In this document: positions 1 to 8,795 of the stretch, in pieces
Position numbering within the stretch: position 1 is the stretch's first letter
Layout: every line of letters starts with the position of its first letter
Source of the DNA: a bacterium
GTDB taxonomy: Bacteria > Zhuqueibacterota > Zhuqueibacteria > Residuimicrobiales > Krinioviventaceae
Reading direction: 5' to 3'
NCBI GenBank assembly: GCA_963693055.1
Contig: OY843751.1
Location: forward strand, 4,512,001-4,576,000
Length of the DNA stretch: 64,000 nt
Notes under the pieces: generated by a model
The model's database searches: none
What the model was told of the DNA's origin: nothing
What the model saw: only the letters and a program-made list of their open reading frames with translations
Made by a program: the position numbers and the translations under genes

Positions 1-504
1 TTGATTCGACATCGCTAAACAATGCTCTATTATATAAAATCTACAAACATAAAACTCAAATTTGCTATATTTACCTCCCTTGTACGATCTCTAGTTTTGG
101 TTTTGCTGACACCATAGCATTCCTTAAAATCAGAAAAAGTTTAATACAACACGTCAAGAAAACTGCACAACATTACCAATAACTATTTAACACATAAAAA
201 AGACTTAACATTCAATGTTATATAAAACAAAAATTCAAACAGTCTGCTTCGTTATTATAATAATCGGTAAAATTACATTTTATTATTTAAATTCTTGAGC
301 AAAATAATTTCTTTTTTCTAGAATATCCAGTAATTATTTCTAAAATATGCACCTTTATTCAACATATTCATAAAATTTTAATTTAATAGTGTAAACCTTA
401 AAGGTATTGCAAAAAAAATGCCCAAGATTAATTATTTGGAAAAAATAACACTTTTTCTATGTTATATGTAATTCAAAACATATCAAGCCAATTTTATGAA
501 CAAA

Positions 505-520
505 TGGCATGTAATTTGAA
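505..520 (+). promoter_or_regulatory. putative sigma54 (-24/-12) promoter, GA variant at -12
   Basis: TGGCATGTAATTTGAA = GG-N10-GA, about 205 nt upstream of the 726 start; same variant recurs at 5024 and 9864. Confidence 0.5.
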
Positions 521-725
521 TAAATAGAAGTGAAATAGATAAAAAAACAAGTGACACAAGCAGTTAAAACCAATAAAATAAACGACTTGATCAATATGAC
601 AAGTAAAAAAACAGGAAAAACGAATTACAAAATGAGACATAAAAGCAACAATTTTTGTAATTTAACTCAAGAAATGTCACAGTTTGTTGTATACTTATAT
701 TTAAGAACCACCACGGAGTAATATT

Positions 726-3700
726 ATGGAAAAGAGACACACAATCTTTTTGTTTGCTGTAGCAATATTGATTGCTTTTGGAGGAAATGCATTTTCCGCC
801 AAGACAGCACCTGTGTGGGTACCCTCTTCGATCGATACACAGTCCCTGCTCTCACAGGTTAGCCCATATAACAGTATGACAGATACACAATTACGCAGCT
901 TGTTAACTACTGATGGAAAAACAAATTCAAAAAACATTGATATGGTTGACATTGTTTATGCGTACGCATTACTGTATCAGGCAACCGATAATATTGAATA
1001 TGCAAGAAAAGCAACTGTACTTTTAGACAGATATGCTGAAGTTTTTCCCAGTTGGCCCACAAATTACGGCAGCAGTCGTGGATATTGGATGTGGTGGGAT
1101 AACTGGTTCCACAGAGATCTCGGTTGGGTAGCAAAGCATTTAGCACAAGCTTTTGATATGACTCGTTACAGTTCTGTCTATAGTTCTTTTGCTTCTGGCA
1201 CTGAGACAGATATTTACAACCTTTTAAAAGAAATTGTCAAAGTTGACATGGGTTACACATTGTACATGTTTAACTCTTCAGGTTCAAGACCCATGGGATA
1301 TATCATTTTCGGTCGTGTTCTTGAAGACCCGGAATTGGTACACCTCGGTTATTGGTATTACAATAAAATGCTGCATCAGAGCTTTGGTCCTGATGGATAC
1401 TGGTATGAGGGTTGTTATGGATATGGCAATATTGCATATTGGGAACTGTCTAACGATGAATATAAATATTATCTTGATGGCTATTCTGATCCCGATGGCT
1501 ATACCCATGTTCCCTTTGAAGAAGGTTTAGACCCGGTTCGTCTCGATAATGTAGATTACGATGCTGAATTTGGCACTTTATTTTCAAGAATAGATGATAT
1601 TCTCTGGTCTACCGCGCTTCCTGATGGCAACTGGCCTATTATGAACGAAACTGAAGCCTTTCCGGATGGTTATAACGGAACCAACCCCAGAGATATTAAA
1701 GTAATTTTACCTGAATCCAGATTGTTTCATGGAGTAGGGCATGCAGCTATGGCCTATGGCAGTGGAAGCACCCAAACCCAGGCGCGCCTCGATTTTAGTC
1801 ACGCCGCAGCACACGTGCATGATGACGCACTACATCTTATCTATTACGCAAAAGGTGAAGAAGTTTTGGGTGGTACCGGATATGTTTATCAGGACCGCAC
1901 CTGGAACGCGAATGTTCGCAATCAGAACCTGGTAATTGTAAATAATTCTGATCAAAAAACAGGCTATTGGACAGATTATACAAATTCACCCTATATACCC
2001 GATGAAGGCAGACAGTCTGGTTTACCAACCACCAGACCGTTCCCCACATCAACCAATATGCATAATAATATCGTATTGTTTGAACCCGGTTACAAGGGTA
2101 ATAAAGCCATACAGATCACCGAAGTAGACGCTCTAGATGCCTATGACCACATTGGTGTAGACAGATACCAGCGCATGCTTGCCATGGTTAACATTAGTGG
2201 AAACGATACTTACCTGGTTGACTTTTTCCGCCTCAAAGGTGGTACACAGTATGACTGGGCATTGCATGGCGGTCATGTATCCACAATTGCTCCAGTTCAT
2301 CCGGGATACTCTGCCTCTACAAATCTCAGCATGAGCAGTACTTCCGGCTCATTTGGCAGCATCAGTTTCCAATCCAGTGCTACAACTGACAAAAACTGGT
2401 ACGGGGAATTCAATTACAATGGTGTAATCAATCGTTTTTCAATGATTGGTAATTCCAGTACAACCGTATACAAAGGCAGAGCGCCACAATCCGGAAAAAC
2501 CTCATCAGGCGATCAGGATTATATAGTAGCAAGAAGATCCGCCAGCTCTTCTGCCGATGAAAACTTTATGGTATTACACGAAACCTACACCGGCTCTCCA
2601 CGCGTTCAATCCATTGAGGAACTTACATTTGATGGCGATCCTGGTACTGCTATAGGAATGAAAATTACTCTCGACAATAAAACAATAGATTATATAATCC
2701 ATACGCTTGATGATGGCCCCAGTTATCCTGAACATATAGTTTCTCAGGAAAACAATCTTTCCATGACCGGTAAATTTGCCCATATTAGAGTTACCTCAGG
2801 TCAGGTTACCTGGATCCAACTGGTACAGGGTGGTTCAGCATCTTTTGGTTCTCAATCTATTGCTTCGGAAGATGGCGACTATTCCTGGCGCGGTACAGTC
2901 AACTCTGTAACCCGTATTGAAAATGGAAACAGTGAAAACGGTTTTGTTGTAAACAAATCTTTACCCTCTAATGGCGAATTAAACGGGAAAACCGTTATTG
3001 TCACCTGGGGTAATGGATGGAAATGGGGTTACAAGATCAAATCTGTAAATGGAAATAAAATTGTTACAGATGACGAACCAGGCTTTGATTATAGTGGTGG
3101 TTCAGTTAATATGAAATTTTTCCCGGCAGGCACTTATTCCGGGCCGGTAACATTTATCATTCCCGGAACTGCAATTCTTGATGAAAATGGAACGGTTACC
3201 ACAACAGAAGGTAATACTCAATTGTCAGATACTTCACCACCTTCAATTGCAAGTACAACGCCTGCAAAGGGTGCGGAAAATGTTCCAATGAACAGCCAGA
3301 TCACCATATCTTTTAACGAGCCGATGAACACTTCCAGTGTGGAATCTGCTGTTTCTATCTCTCCTTCAGTAGACCTGAACAAAAGCTGGAGCGGTAATGA
3401 CCTGATATTAACACCAGCCGCAGATCTGAACGAAACTACAGGCTATACTGTAACCATTGGTAGCAGTGCACAGGATGTTTCCGGTAATCCTTTGGATGGA
3501 AATGGAGATGGCACAGGTGGAGATGCTTTCCAGCTCAGTTTTACAACCAGTACACCACCTGAACCTGTCTATCTTTATATTGAAGCAGAAACAGCAACTG
3601 TTGTTGCACCTATGCAGGTACTTGCCGATGTAAACGCATCCGGAGGACAATACGTAGGTGTGCCTGAAGGTGGAGGCAATAACACTGGTACAGCCAGTAT

Positions 3701-4583
3701 CACATTCCAGATACCCTTTTCAGACACCTATTATTTATGGGGTTTGGTAAACGCTCCAACAAGTAGTGAAGATTCATATATTATCAGCATTGATGGTGAC
3801 AGAGACAGAATTTGGGACGTATTATACGAATCTCATCCTGCAGAATGGACATGGGACCAATTCTCAGAAAGAGGAACCGGTGCGTTCGATGCTCCACAAT
3901 ATGATCCTGCAACATTTCCTCTCTCGGCTGGCAGTTATACTTTGCAGATAACCAACCGTGAAGATGGTACATTGATCGATCAAATATTGATAACAAACGA
4001 TCCTGATTTTGATCCGTCAAACACCAATCAATCTGTGAGCTATGCCGTACCGGCAGGTTATAGCACTATTGCAGTTCCGCTCAAAAATGCAGATATTGTT
4101 TATGCAAGTGATCTTGCTTCTGCAATAGAAAATCAATTGGGTGAAAATACGGTAAACGGTTTATCGTATTGGAATTCTGATACACAGCGTTATGTCAGCT
4201 TTGCTCCACACCTCCCATCATTTTTACAGGGAACCAACTTTGAGATTCCATGTGGCATGCCAGTTCTGGCAAATACAACCATAAGCGGGATCTGGAACCT
4301 TGAAGGTGCAATGGAAGATATCAACTATTCTCTTACCGAAGGTTATAATTTGATTGCATTAGAGCTAGATAAAGCCGACATTACAAATGCCAGTGAACTT
4401 GCAGCTGCAATAGAAAGTCAGCTGGGTGAAAATACAGTTAATGGTTTATCATATTGGAACGCGGATACACAAAGATGGGTAAGCTTTGCCCCACATTTAC
4501 CATCGTTCCTGCAAGGCACAAATTTTTCAACAACTCCCGGCCAATCATTCTTGGTGAATGTTTTGGTTAGTGGACAATTCTAA
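726..4583 (+). CDS. secreted heparinase II/III-like polysaccharide lyase with Big_5 (SbsA Ig-like), CBM6/35-like and duplicated C-terminal domain
   Basis: Sec signal (…GGNAFSA); YWYEGxxGY and HVHDDALH motifs typical of Hepar_II_III-containing lyases; DTSPP..P..GAENVP..ITISFNEPM Ig-like domain; IEAE…NASGGQYV…GSYTLQITNREDGTLID CBM-like domain; RBS GGAG. Confidence 0.75.
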   Translation: MEKRHTIFLFAVAILIAFGGNAFSAKTAPVWVPSSIDTQSLLSQVSPYNSMTDTQLRSLLTTDGKTNSKNIDMVDIVYAYALLYQATDNIEYARKATVLLDRYAEVFPSWPTNYGSSRGYWMWWDNWFHRDLGWVAKHLAQAFDMTRYSSVYSSFASGTETDIYNLLKEIVKVDMGYTLYMFNSSGSRPMGYIIFGRVLEDPELVHLGYWYYNKMLHQSFGPDGYWYEGCYGYGNIAYWELSNDEYKYYLDGYSDPDGYTHVPFEEGLDPVRLDNVDYDAEFGTLFSRIDDILWSTALPDGNWPIMNETEAFPDGYNGTNPRDIKVILPESRLFHGVGHAAMAYGSGSTQTQARLDFSHAAAHVHDDALHLIYYAKGEEVLGGTGYVYQDRTWNANVRNQNLVIVNNSDQKTGYWTDYTNSPYIPDEGRQSGLPTTRPFPTSTNMHNNIVLFEPGYKGNKAIQITEVDALDAYDHIGVDRYQRMLAMVNISGNDTYLVDFFRLKGGTQYDWALHGGHVSTIAPVHPGYSASTNLSMSSTSGSFGSISFQSSATTDKNWYGEFNYNGVINRFSMIGNSSTTVYKGRAPQSGKTSSGDQDYIVARRSASSSADENFMVLHETYTGSPRVQSIEELTFDGDPGTAIGMKITLDNKTIDYIIHTLDDGPSYPEHIVSQENNLSMTGKFAHIRVTSGQVTWIQLVQGGSASFGSQSIASEDGDYSWRGTVNSVTRIENGNSENGFVVNKSLPSNGELNGKTVIVTWGNGWKWGYKIKSVNGNKIVTDDEPGFDYSGGSVNMKFFPAGTYSGPVTFIIPGTAILDENGTVTTTEGNTQLSDTSPPSIASTTPAKGAENVPMNSQITISFNEPMNTSSVESAVSISPSVDLNKSWSGNDLILTPAADLNETTGYTVTIGSSAQDVSGNPLDGNGDGTGGDAFQLSFTTSTPPEPVYLYIEAETATVVAPMQVLADVNASGGQYVGVPEGGGNNTGTASITFQIPFSDTYYLWGLVNAPTSSEDSYIISIDGDRDRIWDVLYESHPAEWTWDQFSERGTGAFDAPQYDPATFPLSAGSYTLQITNREDGTLIDQILITNDPDFDPSNTNQSVSYAVPAGYSTIAVPLKNADIVYASDLASAIENQLGENTVNGLSYWNSDTQRYVSFAPHLPSFLQGTNFEIPCGMPVLANTTISGIWNLEGAMEDINYSLTEGYNLIALELDKADITNASELAAAIESQLGENTVNGLSYWNADTQRWVSFAPHLPSFLQGTNFSTTPGQSFLVNVLVSGQF
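4056..4580 (+). repeat. intragenic tandem domain duplication (2 copies, 285-nt offset)
   Basis: AIENQLGENTVNGLSYWNSDTQRYVSFAPHLPSFLQGTNF vs AIESQLGENTVNGLSYWNADTQRWVSFAPHLPSFLQGTNF. Confidence 0.9.
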
Positions 4584-4600
4584 GTATCACCTCCCCGGTA

Positions 4601-4650
4601 GGGCCAGTCGCAAAGTCGTTTTTTTTCGATAGCGTGACTGGCCTTTTTTT
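4601..4650 (+). terminator. rho-independent terminator
   Basis: GGCCAGTCGC…GTGACTGGCC stem followed by T7, just after the stop codon. Confidence 0.8.
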
Positions 4651-4778
4651 AAATCAAATTACAACTTTGTAATAACAAAACTGAAAACCTGGTATAATGT
4701 CCATTAAAATCGCTTGCAAACTGCAAATTAGCTTAAAAAACAACCCTAAAGTCAATAATTAGATACATTTACACCCAA

Positions 4779-4891
4779 TGTCCATAAAAATGGACAAATA
4801 ATTATATAAATTAAATAATATACCCCAAATTTCTAACAAATTGACCACAAAAATGGACTTTGCGTTTCAAATTTGTCCCTCACAATGGACA
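4779..4891. promoter_or_regulatory. three palindromic TGTCCA-N6-TGGACA sites (putative upstream activator sequences)
   Basis: 4779 TGTCCAtaaaaaTGGACA; 4842 TGaCCAcaaaaaTGGACt; 4874 TGTCCctcacaaTGGACA; extra half-site at 4698. Confidence 0.7.
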
Positions 4892-5023
4892 AAAAATACA
4901 TCAAAATAGCCGCAAGCCCATTAAAAACAATATCTTAAGCCATATCAAGGCGCACACCCACACCCCCCCCATACAAACCCTTAAAAAACAACGTATTAAG
5001 ATATGCAATTTTTCTCATTTTTT

Positions 5024-5039
5024 TGGCACACAAGTTGAA
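5024..5039 (+). promoter_or_regulatory. putative sigma54 promoter, GA variant
   Basis: TTTTGGCACACAAGTTGAA, 50 nt upstream of ATG 5089. Confidence 0.65.
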
Positions 5040-5088
5040 TATAGAGATAGTGAAAGCAACAAGAACCATCAATTAAGAGGAAAATGAA

Positions 5089-6105
5089 ATGTTTGCATAC
5101 AATATGAAATCGACTAAAACCGGGCTCTTAATCAGCCTGATACTGCTTATCGTTATGAGTGGTTTTGCAAATGCACAAGTTACAAAAAATGTTTGGATGT
5201 ATATTTATAATTCAGATGGATCAGCTCCTTCTACTGGCGACATAAAAATCACTGCTTACCTGCAAAAAAATCCATCAGATAAACTGATCTCATCCAATAG
5301 CGAAAATGGTTGGATTTATGATATAAACACCAAATGGGGTTTCTACCCGAATCCTGACGATGCCGGCGCAACCAATGCAACCGTTGGTGACATTATGGTT
5401 ATAGAGTGTCTCAATATTAGCGGAAATCAGTTCGATGGCGAATTTAAGGCAATCTCTCAGGCTTTGAACGAAAACATGACTCAGCAATTTGGCTCAAATA
5501 ATTTTTCTCTTCCTGTTGAATTATCAAATTTTAAAGCAAATGTTGAACAGGGCAATGTGAACCTGGAATGGAGCACAGAATCTGAAACAATCAACCTTGG
5601 CTTTAACATTTATCGTAGTGAAGCTGGAAAAAACAATTATAAAAAAATCAATACCACACTGGTTCCAGGATCAGGCACAACTACAGAAAAACATTCTTAC
5701 ACTTATACTGACGAAACTGCTGAATATGGAAAAACTTATAGTTACAAAATCCAGAATGTAGACTCTGACGGCAGCCAAAAATTCTACTCTTCACTTTCAG
5801 TAGAAATTGATTCAGAGCAAGTACCAGCTAAATTTGATTTGTCACAAAATTACCCAAACCCTTTTAATCCGGTTACCACTATTAATTACAGTATCGCTGA
5901 AAACAGCGATGTCACCCTTACCATTTTCAACACTCTGGGTGAAGTTGTTAACGTACTTGTAAACGAAGCTCAAACAGCAGGTAACTATAACGTAACCTGG
6001 AACGGCCTTTCAAGTGCCGGTACCAAAGTAGCTTCAGGAATGTACTTTTACCAAATTCAGGCTGGTAACTTTAATCAAGTTAAAAAGATGATGTTATCCA
6101 AATAA
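5089..6105 (+). CDS. secreted protein: unknown N-terminal beta-domain, LPVEL Ig-like domain and FlgD-Ig/Por-secretion-type C-terminal domain
   Basis: Sec signal ending FANA-Q; LPVELSNF…EWSTESETINLGFNIYRS; FDLSQNYPNPFNPVTTINY…VASGMYFYQIQAG…KKMMLSK; RBS GAGG. Confidence 0.85.
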   Translation: MFAYNMKSTKTGLLISLILLIVMSGFANAQVTKNVWMYIYNSDGSAPSTGDIKITAYLQKNPSDKLISSNSENGWIYDINTKWGFYPNPDDAGATNATVGDIMVIECLNISGNQFDGEFKAISQALNENMTQQFGSNNFSLPVELSNFKANVEQGNVNLEWSTESETINLGFNIYRSEAGKNNYKKINTTLVPGSGTTTEKHSYTYTDETAEYGKTYSYKIQNVDSDGSQKFYSSLSVEIDSEQVPAKFDLSQNYPNPFNPVTTINYSIAENSDVTLTIFNTLGEVVNVLVNEAQTAGNYNVTWNGLSSAGTKVASGMYFYQIQAGNFNQVKKMMLSK

Positions 6106-6138
6106 TTTTGTATAAAAATATCTAATTTCATTCCTCTA

Positions 6139-6171
6139 CCTCTCACAATTGCAATTGTGAGGGGTTTTTTT
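6139..6171 (+). terminator. rho-independent terminator
   Basis: CCTCTCACAATT-GC-AATTGTGAGGGG followed by T-run. Confidence 0.85.
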
Positions 6172-6256
6172 ATTTATATCAAAAACTGCTTTTCTCTTTA
6201 TATTAATTATTATACATTTAGTTATATAGCTTTATTTACCAAATTTCAGGTTTGTT

Positions 6257-8761
6257 ATGATTAATATTAAATATATATCTGTTCTCGTATTATGCCTGTT
6301 ATTATTCTTCCCGCTTGCACAACTTTACTCTCAATCTCACCCTATATGGCAGCCTCCTGATGAATTTCAGGCAACTAGTCCGAATTTTGGTGACTATGTT
6401 GACCTCACTGAAACCGAACTGCGAAATTACATAGACACACGTGGAATACAAAATTCTTCCAATGCAGATATGGCGTATGTAGTTTACGATTTTGCGGCAC
6501 TCTATTATATAACCGGTAATATGGATTATGCATACAAATCTGCAGTATTGTTGGATGAATATGCTAATGTATTCTCTCAATGGCCCAGAAATATTGGCGT
6601 TACCCGTGGGTACTATATGTGGTGGGACGACTGGTATCACCGTGATTTGGGATGGGTAGCAAGGTATTTACCGCAGGGTTATGACATTATCGCAAACAGC
6701 GGCGTTTATGAACAAAACGCATCCATGAGTAAAACCAAAGTCCTTGAATTATTCAGAGATATTATAAATGTTGATTTACAATATCCATTATTCATGTTTA
6801 ATTCAGCCGGTACAAGACCTTTGGGATTAATGATATTTGCACGTGTATTGAATGATCCAAAACTGGCGCATTTGGCATACTGGTATTACAATAAAATGCT
6901 GCACGAAAGCTATACCTATGACGGATTTTGGTACGAAGGCGCTTATGATTATATGGCCATTATTACAAGGGCTCTTTTAAGCAGCAATTATAAAAAATAT
7001 TTCAATGGCTACACCGACCCTGCAGATTTCACCAGCCATGTTCCTTATGAAAAATGGGACACTCCACGGATAGAAAATTTAGATATGGATGAACGGTTCA
7101 AACTCATTCACAATCGGATGGACGAAACCTTGTGGAACTCTGCCATGCCCAACGCAACCTGGCCGGTAATTAACGAAACATCTCCCTACCCTATTGGATA
7201 CAATGGAGACAATCCCAATTATATTAAAAATATATTATCCGGTTCAAAACTCTATGGCGGTTTTGGTCATGCAGCTCTGGCATCCGGTAGCGGGCCTGAC
7301 CAAACACAAGCCAGGCTCGATTTTTCCCCCGCATTTAGCCATTACCATCGCGATGCACTACATCTCATCTATTTCAGCAAACAATACGAAACCGTTGGCG
7401 GAACTGGTTATGTTTACAGCAACAGGGTATGGAACCGATCAACATTAAACCAAAACCTTGTTGTTATTGATGGCACAGAACAGACAGCCGATTATTGGAC
7501 AGATTTTGTAGACTCGCCATACACACCAGAGAATGGCAGAACTGTAACTGAACTGGAGTCTGTTGATTTTCCTGAAACCAATATACACAACAATATTGTG
7601 CTTTTTGAGACTGAATTTCAAAACTTTAATAAAGTTCAAATTGTTGAAGTAGATGCTGCCAATGCCTATCAAAACATTCCAGCGAGAACATACCAACGCA
7701 TGCTCTCAATGATAGATATTGATGAAACCCATTCGTATCTGATAGATTTTTTCTATTCCAAGGGGGGTACACAGTACGACTGGATGCTGCATGGCGGACA
7801 TCATGATTATCAAATTGAACCTGCAAGCAACATGCATTCGGCATCTGGTAGTTTTGGCAGAATATCTTTAGAAAAGCAAACAAGTTCATTTTCGAAATGG
7901 CAGGCAGACCTGGTTTATGGTTCTGCAACGCATAGATTAACGTTGTTAAATAATGGACAAACAGAAATATTTACGGGGAGCGCACCAGGTTCACGCCAAA
8001 ACGAAGGCAGCCAACAATATTTAATTGCCAGAAAATCAGCTTCTGCAAACGAAATGACAGGCTATTACGCAGTTCACCAGACATTTGACCAGAGCAGTGC
8101 AATCCAGAGCATTAATCCGTTAGCACCTGTTATTAAAAAAGAGGGTGTATATGGTGTTCAAATAAATATGGCGGGTAAAACCGATTATATTATCCACTCG
8201 CTGAATCCCAATGTTGATACATTTAACCAATTTATAATTAATAACCAGAAACTAGAATTTAATGGCAAATTCCTGCACTTGAGATTTACAGGTAACAAAA
8301 TTGAATGGATATACAGTCTTGATGGTACGGTTATGTTTCCGGGGCACAACATCCCCTTCCTCAAAGCAAACGCTTTTCATGGTAATGTTTTAGATGTGCT
8401 TCGCAGGGAAGGTGGAGATTCTATGAACGCATTTGTGACAGATGTAGAATTGCCCAACAACGCATTGCTGGTAGGTAAAACCGTAATTGTTAAATGGGGT
8501 AATGGATGGACATGGGGATATAAAATTCAATCCGTAAATGGCAATGTAATAACTACGATAGAGGAACCGGGTTTTAACATTAATCAGGGTCAGGTAGAAA
8601 TGCATTACTGCCCTGCGGGAACTTATCCCGGACCGGTAACCTTTTACATTACAGGTTCCAGTTTATACAACAATGGGAAAATAACAACAACCAACCCCAT
8701 ATCGAGTGATACCACCCCGCCCAAAACGCCAAGCTTAAAATCTATAAATATTGTTGAATAA
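6257..8761 (+). CDS. secreted heparinase II/III-like polysaccharide lyase (paralog of 726..4583 catalytic region)
   Basis: Signal peptide; shares RGYxMWWDxWxHRDLGWVA, YWYYNKMLH, WYEG, QARLDFS, HxHxDALHLIY, KGGTQYDWxLHGGH, WGNGWxWGYKI with ORF 726. Confidence 0.75.
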   Translation: MINIKYISVLVLCLLLFFPLAQLYSQSHPIWQPPDEFQATSPNFGDYVDLTETELRNYIDTRGIQNSSNADMAYVVYDFAALYYITGNMDYAYKSAVLLDEYANVFSQWPRNIGVTRGYYMWWDDWYHRDLGWVARYLPQGYDIIANSGVYEQNASMSKTKVLELFRDIINVDLQYPLFMFNSAGTRPLGLMIFARVLNDPKLAHLAYWYYNKMLHESYTYDGFWYEGAYDYMAIITRALLSSNYKKYFNGYTDPADFTSHVPYEKWDTPRIENLDMDERFKLIHNRMDETLWNSAMPNATWPVINETSPYPIGYNGDNPNYIKNILSGSKLYGGFGHAALASGSGPDQTQARLDFSPAFSHYHRDALHLIYFSKQYETVGGTGYVYSNRVWNRSTLNQNLVVIDGTEQTADYWTDFVDSPYTPENGRTVTELESVDFPETNIHNNIVLFETEFQNFNKVQIVEVDAANAYQNIPARTYQRMLSMIDIDETHSYLIDFFYSKGGTQYDWMLHGGHHDYQIEPASNMHSASGSFGRISLEKQTSSFSKWQADLVYGSATHRLTLLNNGQTEIFTGSAPGSRQNEGSQQYLIARKSASANEMTGYYAVHQTFDQSSAIQSINPLAPVIKKEGVYGVQINMAGKTDYIIHSLNPNVDTFNQFIINNQKLEFNGKFLHLRFTGNKIEWIYSLDGTVMFPGHNIPFLKANAFHGNVLDVLRREGGDSMNAFVTDVELPNNALLVGKTVIVKWGNGWTWGYKIQSVNGNVITTIEEPGFNINQGQVEMHYCPAGTYPGPVTFYITGSSLYNNGKITTTNPISSDTTPPKTPSLKSINIVE

Positions 8762-8795
8762 AAAAAAGCCCGGTCTTTGAACCGGGCTTTTTTTT
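8761..8795. terminator. bidirectional rho-independent terminator
   Basis: A7-GCCCGGT-ctttga-ACCGGGC-T8 between convergent genes. Confidence 0.9.

Noticed and set aside
1-90. Possible divergent gene start (minus-strand AGGGAGGT near 74-81; ATG at 12)
   Set aside because: The SD-like sequence has no properly spaced open start and the ATG at 12 runs off the window; it cannot be supported.
4860-5087. 75-aa ORF upstream of 5089
   Set aside because: TTG start without RBS, low complexity, and it overlaps the enhancer and sigma54 promoter.
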